From assembly GCF_001194135.2 (NCBI RefSeq), contig NC_068998.1, positions 48,392,152 through 48,448,012 on the forward strand: a stretch of 55,861 nucleotides of DNA. The letters are read 5' to 3'. This stretch comes from Octopus bimaculoides (lineage: Eukaryota). The notes under the pieces are model-generated. The model was not told the DNA's origin, searched no databases, and saw only the letters and a program-made list of their open reading frames with translations. The position numbers and the translations under genes were made by a program. This document shows, in pieces, positions 50,914 to 55,861 of this stretch. Position 1 is the stretch's first letter. Every line of letters begins with the position of its first letter.

Positions 50914-51146
50914 TATTTCTTTACTGCCCACAAGGGGCTAAACACAGAGGGGACAAACAAGGACAGACAAAGGGATTAAGTCGATTACATCGACCCCAGT
51001 GCATAACTGGTACTTAATTTATCGACCCCGAAAGGATGAAAGGCAAAGTCGACCTCGGCGGAATTTGAACTCAGAACGTAAAGACAGACGAAATACCGCT
51101 ACGCATTTCGCCCGGTGTGCTAACGTTTCTGCCAGCTCGCCGTCTT
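50914..51146 (-). mobile_element. Young full-length family A SINE with perfect 15-bp TSD
   Basis: TSD CAGGTGTCAGATTCT at 50899-50913 and 51147-51161. Confidence 0.95.
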
Positions 51147-52040
51147 CAGGTGTCAGATTCTGTGAGGGCAATAAGTGAAGGTCGAAAATAACACTGTGCA
51201 ACATAATTTTTGTCCTTGGGTAGCAACTGTTATTTCCTATTTGCTGACCCCAAGAAAATATGAAAAATGGCTAATATTTCCTTCAAACTTTGCTTTTGGT
51301 AAATTTATTCAAACCCCAAAGAATCCCTTTCAAAACCTGGCTATGATGCTTCCCTGCAACATTTGCTCATGATCAGAGGTGTGCATATTGTTGGCCACCA
51401 AGGCCCAGCAATAATCACAAGAGTGTCAGCACCCAATGCATCCATCTCTGAATTATCCAAGCAGTATTTCACCACTTCCTAAGCCCTTCCCATGCACCAG
51501 GCTATTTTCCTCTCATTATTCCTAATACGTTTCACCTTTGTCAAATCTAAAAATTACACCTCACACCAATCCTTCCACCTCACAACTCCCACTGTCTATA
51601 TTTTTTCCCTAACATACCTCATACCATCATTTGTTTTTGTATTGAGAAGGTGAGGAGAGATAAAATAGTTCTGAAGGGTCCTCTCTAACTTGGTCCCTAT
51701 AACATGGACTGAAATCCATTTTTTTGCTTCCATTTCTCTCTCTGCCTTGTCTGTCTTAGAAACTACATAGAGACCCTTTCCATCTACTTGAATCCGCATA
51801 GAATGGATGATAAACTTTTGTAGAAGAGATAAATACCAAAACTTTGTTCTCTTTTATAATTCATACCTGGAATTTATCTTCTGTAACAGCTAAATTCAAC
51901 AGGCTGGTTTTCTCAGGTGACAAAATTTTAGGTTGATAAAGATTAATTTTGATTGGACATAACTAAATATACTAGGAACTACCACTGTTTTGGCACAGAG
52001 CTTTGGAAGAACTTTGTGAAAGGAATGCATTTCACCAAGT

Positions 52041-52072
<32 letters not shown>

Positions 52073-52165
52073 TCTAAGTTTGACAATAGTACCAGACTAA
52101 GGTAGGACAATAAAGATGACATCCACAAAACGTAAATATATGAACAAACAAAAAACAAAATAATA

Positions 52166-52218
<53 letters not shown>

Positions 52219-52358
52219 CTGTAGAAAAAATATTTGAAGCAAATAAAAAATAAATAAGGTGAAAATAAAAGAAATAAACAAAAAGAAGCAAATGAAACTC
52301 ACGTTACAATTGTCTGAAGGGGGGAGGTGCATTGGAGAAGGTGGGAGACGAGAGGATG

Positions 52359-53156
52359 TCATACAACTGTGCAAGATGGACATAACCAGGACGTGCGTTT
52401 CGCTAATGATGAAGATCTGGATACACCTATGGATCTCGGAGACTGTGCTAATGTCCCTTTTCCGCTAACACTGTCAGGACATGGCTGGACAACATTACAT
52501 GCACATTGGACATCTGTGGTGTGAGGTGTGGAATGTGCTTCATGCATCGTCATACTACTGAGGCTACCATCTCTGCCACTGCCACCAGAATCTGCAGGAG
52601 TACCTAGGCTGGGAGCATGAACGGTCGGATGCTGTGACAGAATCAGAGAATTGCTATCGAGGTTTGATGTGTTGATACTTGGATTGTAATACTCCGACGA
52701 CAACAAGGTCAGTGTCGAAGCTTGATCGAGGTTGTCGAGGTTACTTTTGCCGAGGTGCTCAGGAAGATCATCGAGGCTGGTGTCAATGAAGTCTTCTGAC
52801 GAAGAACTATGGTGCTTCATGTGACGCTGCCAATTCATCAGAACACTCTCAGCCATTAACACATGTTTAGCCGTGTCATGGAAGGAGATACGAGACTCTT
52901 CAGCACCGTTCAAAGAAGATTTGGATAGATGGTTCTCGGCATAATTCCTAGACCGAATGCTATTCCGAAAGTTAGATAGCAGCTTCTGCTCATATTCAAA
53001 CACAGCATAATCGTGAATATTTAACTTCGCAATTTCTACGTCGCTCATGTCCTCGCCATTTACAGACAAGGTGTTCCTTCGCAAATGTCTGGTGGAAGTG
53101 GGAATTTGAGGTGTGTTACCTGGGCCGTTCTTCACGTGAAATAGAAGGTAGACTGG
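52359..53156 (-). CDS. Large coding exon (~265 aa, Ser-rich, probably a disordered cytoplasmic tail) of an unidentified gene
   Basis: Longest non-repetitive ORF in the window. The ORF ATG lies within an acceptor (TTTTTTTCAATGCAG| at 53157). It includes an amphipathic stretch SFHDTAKHVLMAESVLMNWQRHMK and ends SWLCPSCTVV*. The 3' boundary is ambiguous (donors at 52364 or 52302). Confidence 0.7.
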   Translation of the reverse strand, partial: PVYLLFHVKNGPGNTPQIPTSTRHLRRNTLSVNGEDMSDVEIAKLNIHDYAVFEYEQKLLSNFRNSIRSRNYAENHLSKSSLNGAEESRISFHDTAKHVLMAESVLMNWQRHMKHHSSSSEDFIDTSLDDLPEHLGKSNLDNLDQASTLTLLSSEYYNPSINTSNLDSNSLILSQHPTVHAPSLGTPADSGGSGRDGSLSSMTMHEAHSTPHTTDVQCACNVVQPCPDSVSGKGTLAQSPRSIGVSRSSSLAKRTSWLCPSCTVV

Positions 53157-53391
53157 CTGCATTGAAAAAAAAACAAAACAAAAACAAGCATGAATATAAT
53201 TATAAGATTAAAAAAGAACAATGTCAGATTAATGGCAAATATGCACAGCAATCAATACAATATGCAAATATTACACATTAACATATTTTAATCAACACAT
53301 AAGGATACAAGCATCATATTTCACTCAACGTATCAAAGAATATATTAAAATAAAGGAATAATATTCACAGAACCAACATGAATGTGACTTT

Positions 53392-53705
53392 ATCCATCCA
53401 TCCACAATTCCTAAGATAGTCATGGAAGTAAAGTCCTCAAGCACCTCCTCCACAGGATCCTATCAGATGCAATCTGATTTTTGGTTGGATTCCCAAGTGT
53501 GACCAACTTAGACGATTGACATTATCCAACCATCTCACTCATGTTCTAACCTTTGGTCTCTTGCCAGTTGGTTTGGCTTGAAGAATCTGTCTTGTGATTC
53601 TTTCCTGCGACATTCTAATCCCATGTCTACAGTACAGGAGCAGTGATCTTTCAATGCGGAGAAGCATCAGCTTGACTTGGACAGACTCCTTAACCTCTGA
53701 GCTGT
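53392..53705 (-). mobile_element. RTE-clade (Rex3/Expander-like) LINE 3' fragment with (GGAT)n tail
   Basis: VKESVQVKLMLLRIERSLLLYCRHGIRMSQERITRQILQAKPTGKRPKVRT*VRWLDNVNRLSWSHLGIQP/ASDRILWRRCL, homologous to 29821-30180, ending TGGATGGATGGA. Confidence 0.85.
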
Positions 53706-55500
53706 AGAAGTAATGTTGTGACTTTATACAATGAATAATCCCATAGGAAGCTAATGAGAGAGCCTCAGTCTGGTCCTTTGACCTGCTAGAAATAACATCT
53801 AACTATCCCTTAAATGACATTCTCCTGCCTTAAACAGGAAAGGATACTTTGCATTGGATAATGTAGTCCTGTGTATAATATATCTGAGTAAAAGATGGAT
53901 TGGTCATGGGAGGACTTCATTTGATCATCCCTCTGGATCAGAGCTGACCTGGGCTTAACTGTTTCTTAGGGGATCCACAGACATCTGTAAATGTTTGCAT
54001 CAGGTTAACTATCAGCTCAAAATATCAAAAACTGGGCATAGCACAATTGTGAGTACACAGTATTAGAGTACATGTGTCACGAATGGAACTGTTTAGAAGT
54101 ACACAAGTAAGTTTAGAATTGAATCAATGAAATGACTCATAAAAAAAAAAAATCTAAGAAGTTTAAAGATCAGCATGAGTCCTAAATATAATTTGTAATA
54201 ATCAAACATCATTAGAAAATAATAATAAATTAGTTGCGACATTTGACTGACAACTGTCCACAAACACACAAAAGTGTGCATGTTTGTGTGAATGTGTACG
54301 CATATATGTTTGTGAGAGTAAAATATACACACATCCAGGCACACGTGACATACACTGCAGTGGTTTGAAACTTGATTAGCGAGATTGAAAATACCAATAC
54401 TGAAGGGAAAAATCAAATGAAATTCCTGTGAAATTATGTACAAATCATTTATTAAAATGGGTATGAGCTAAAGAATTTTAAAAAATGATTCTTTTGTGAG
54501 ATGGTCTTTATCAAGTTAAGTCACATGTCTTGGAATCAATTAGCAATGTAAGTTGAGGTATGCCAGTATTTTAACATCAGGAATATTAGAGGAGCACTTA
54601 TAACAAAACTTCTGCCAAAGTGTAACAAAATGGTTTGTTAGGAATTGAGAACAAAAATGTCTTGTTGTGGAGGTTGACTGCACAGAAGTCAACATGTTGC
54701 TGAATTCTGGTGAAAAACAGAACAGTTTTGGTCAAATATGTCAAGACCTACGACTTCTGGAGCCAGAAAATAGTAATATGTACTTTACCTAAGTACTGTA
54801 AATATATGATTACAAAAATAATTAACTACAGAGTTATTCAAAAGTCGCCATACATAGGAACAATTTATTTTTTTATAAGAAACAGTTTATAAGAACACTT
54901 TTTTTAAAATTATTTAACAGTCTCTATATGGTTACTATTGATTTGTATACACATTGTAATACGTTTACCCCACTCATTGTGAACTTGTAATAACACATCG
55001 GGTGATACTTGTGCAAATGAGTTGGTGATGCATTCCTTTAAATGATTTATGTTTTTTTATCTTTCCGCGATACACCATGCCTTTCAAATGCCCCCCAAAA
55101 ACAGAAATCAAGAGGAGTCAGATCAGGGAATCTAGGAACTGTTTCTGATAAAAACATAAATCTTTCCTGTGTATGAAGACTTTTGAATCACCCTTCATTA
55201 TTCATTAAGTCATATTTAAATCAAATACAAATAAATTATTTAGTGAAACAAATATTTGGTTTGAGGCATTGTAAAAATACTTACATATGTGTGTGTATAT
55301 AAAGTTGTGCATGAGTCAGTTTGTGTGCATGTAATGTTGTATATGTTTATGAATGTCAGTCACAGCAGCCACCATGATCGACAGCAAGCCACTAAAGCTT
55401 TTATTATTCGCTCTCTGTTTTTCTCGTGTTCCTTTCTGTTGAAGAGGAACACGATTTACACCTGGTTGTTGTTTACACACTGGTCTCTTTTGTAATTTTC

Positions 55501-55565
<65 letters not shown>

Positions 55566-55730
55566 CACAGGAGTAGCTGTGTGGTAACTGGCTTGCTTCC
55601 GAACCACATGGTTCCGGGTTCAGTCCTGCTGTGTGGCACCTTGGGCAAGTGTCTTCCACTATAGCCTCGGGCTGACCAAAGGCTTGTGAGTGGATTTGGT
55701 AGACAGAAACTGAAAGAAGCACATCGTATG
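55566..55730 (+). mobile_element. SINE family B 5' half running into expanded TA repeat
   Basis: GGAGTAGCTGTGTGGTAA...CCGGGTTCAGTCC...CACCTTGGGCAAGTGTCTTC...GAAACTGAAAGAAGC. Confidence 0.92.
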
Positions 55731-55768
55731 TATGTATGTATATATATGTATATATATGTATATATATG

Positions 55769-55801
<33 letters not shown>

Positions 55802-55812
55802 GTATATATATG

Positions 55813-55847
<35 letters not shown>

Positions 55848-55861
55848 GTATATGTATATAT

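Noticed and set aside
51370-51800. Weak resemblance to a LINE ORF1 SGNH esterase
   Set aside because: The motifs (GDS, GTND) are not actually present, and the similarity is only impressionistic.
52359-52361. UGA as selenocysteine or as an A-to-I edited stop
   Set aside because: No SECIS was identified, and a 5' G neighbour disfavours ADAR editing. The splice or readthrough explanations are simpler.
52259-52524. Plus-strand ORFs opposite the large exon
   Set aside because: They are best explained as antisense shadows of the longer minus-strand ORF.
55368-55442. Perfect Kozak GCCACCATG with a 22-aa ORF
   Set aside because: It is a tiny ORF with no supporting promoter or splice context, and is likely chance.

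Overview
AT-rich, microsatellite-dense eukaryotic genomic DNA with about 15 N-gaps. The repeat content (several tRNA-derived SINE families I recognise from octopus) points to a coleoid cephalopod, most likely Octopus; this is from memory, not a search. Almost all ORFs in the supplied track are artefacts of (TA)n/(CA)n/(AAT)n repeats and N-runs. The best-supported host coding signal is on the minus strand: a large Ser-rich exon (about 53156-52359), plus downstream exon candidates at 50789, 48128, 43240 (ending RETSV*, a PDZ-ligand-like end) and 40123. I cannot name the gene. The rest is intronic/intergenic, with >25 SINE copies, hAT and mariner MITEs (some with intact TSDs), and decayed relics of two RTE LINEs, an R4/Dong-like and a HERO-like RLE retrotransposon, and a SAP-domain transposon accessory gene. 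The most unusual observations are: two same-strand hammerhead-ribozyme-like motifs (39216-39305, 40383-40474) and a fold-back with more decayed ones (20283-20591); a stack of SINEs repeatedly inserted at one regenerated target (ATTATTTATGGC x4); a SINE-head/RTE-tail chimera; and an ambiguous stop/donor arrangement at the end of the large exon. No complete novel system can be demonstrated from sequence alone.
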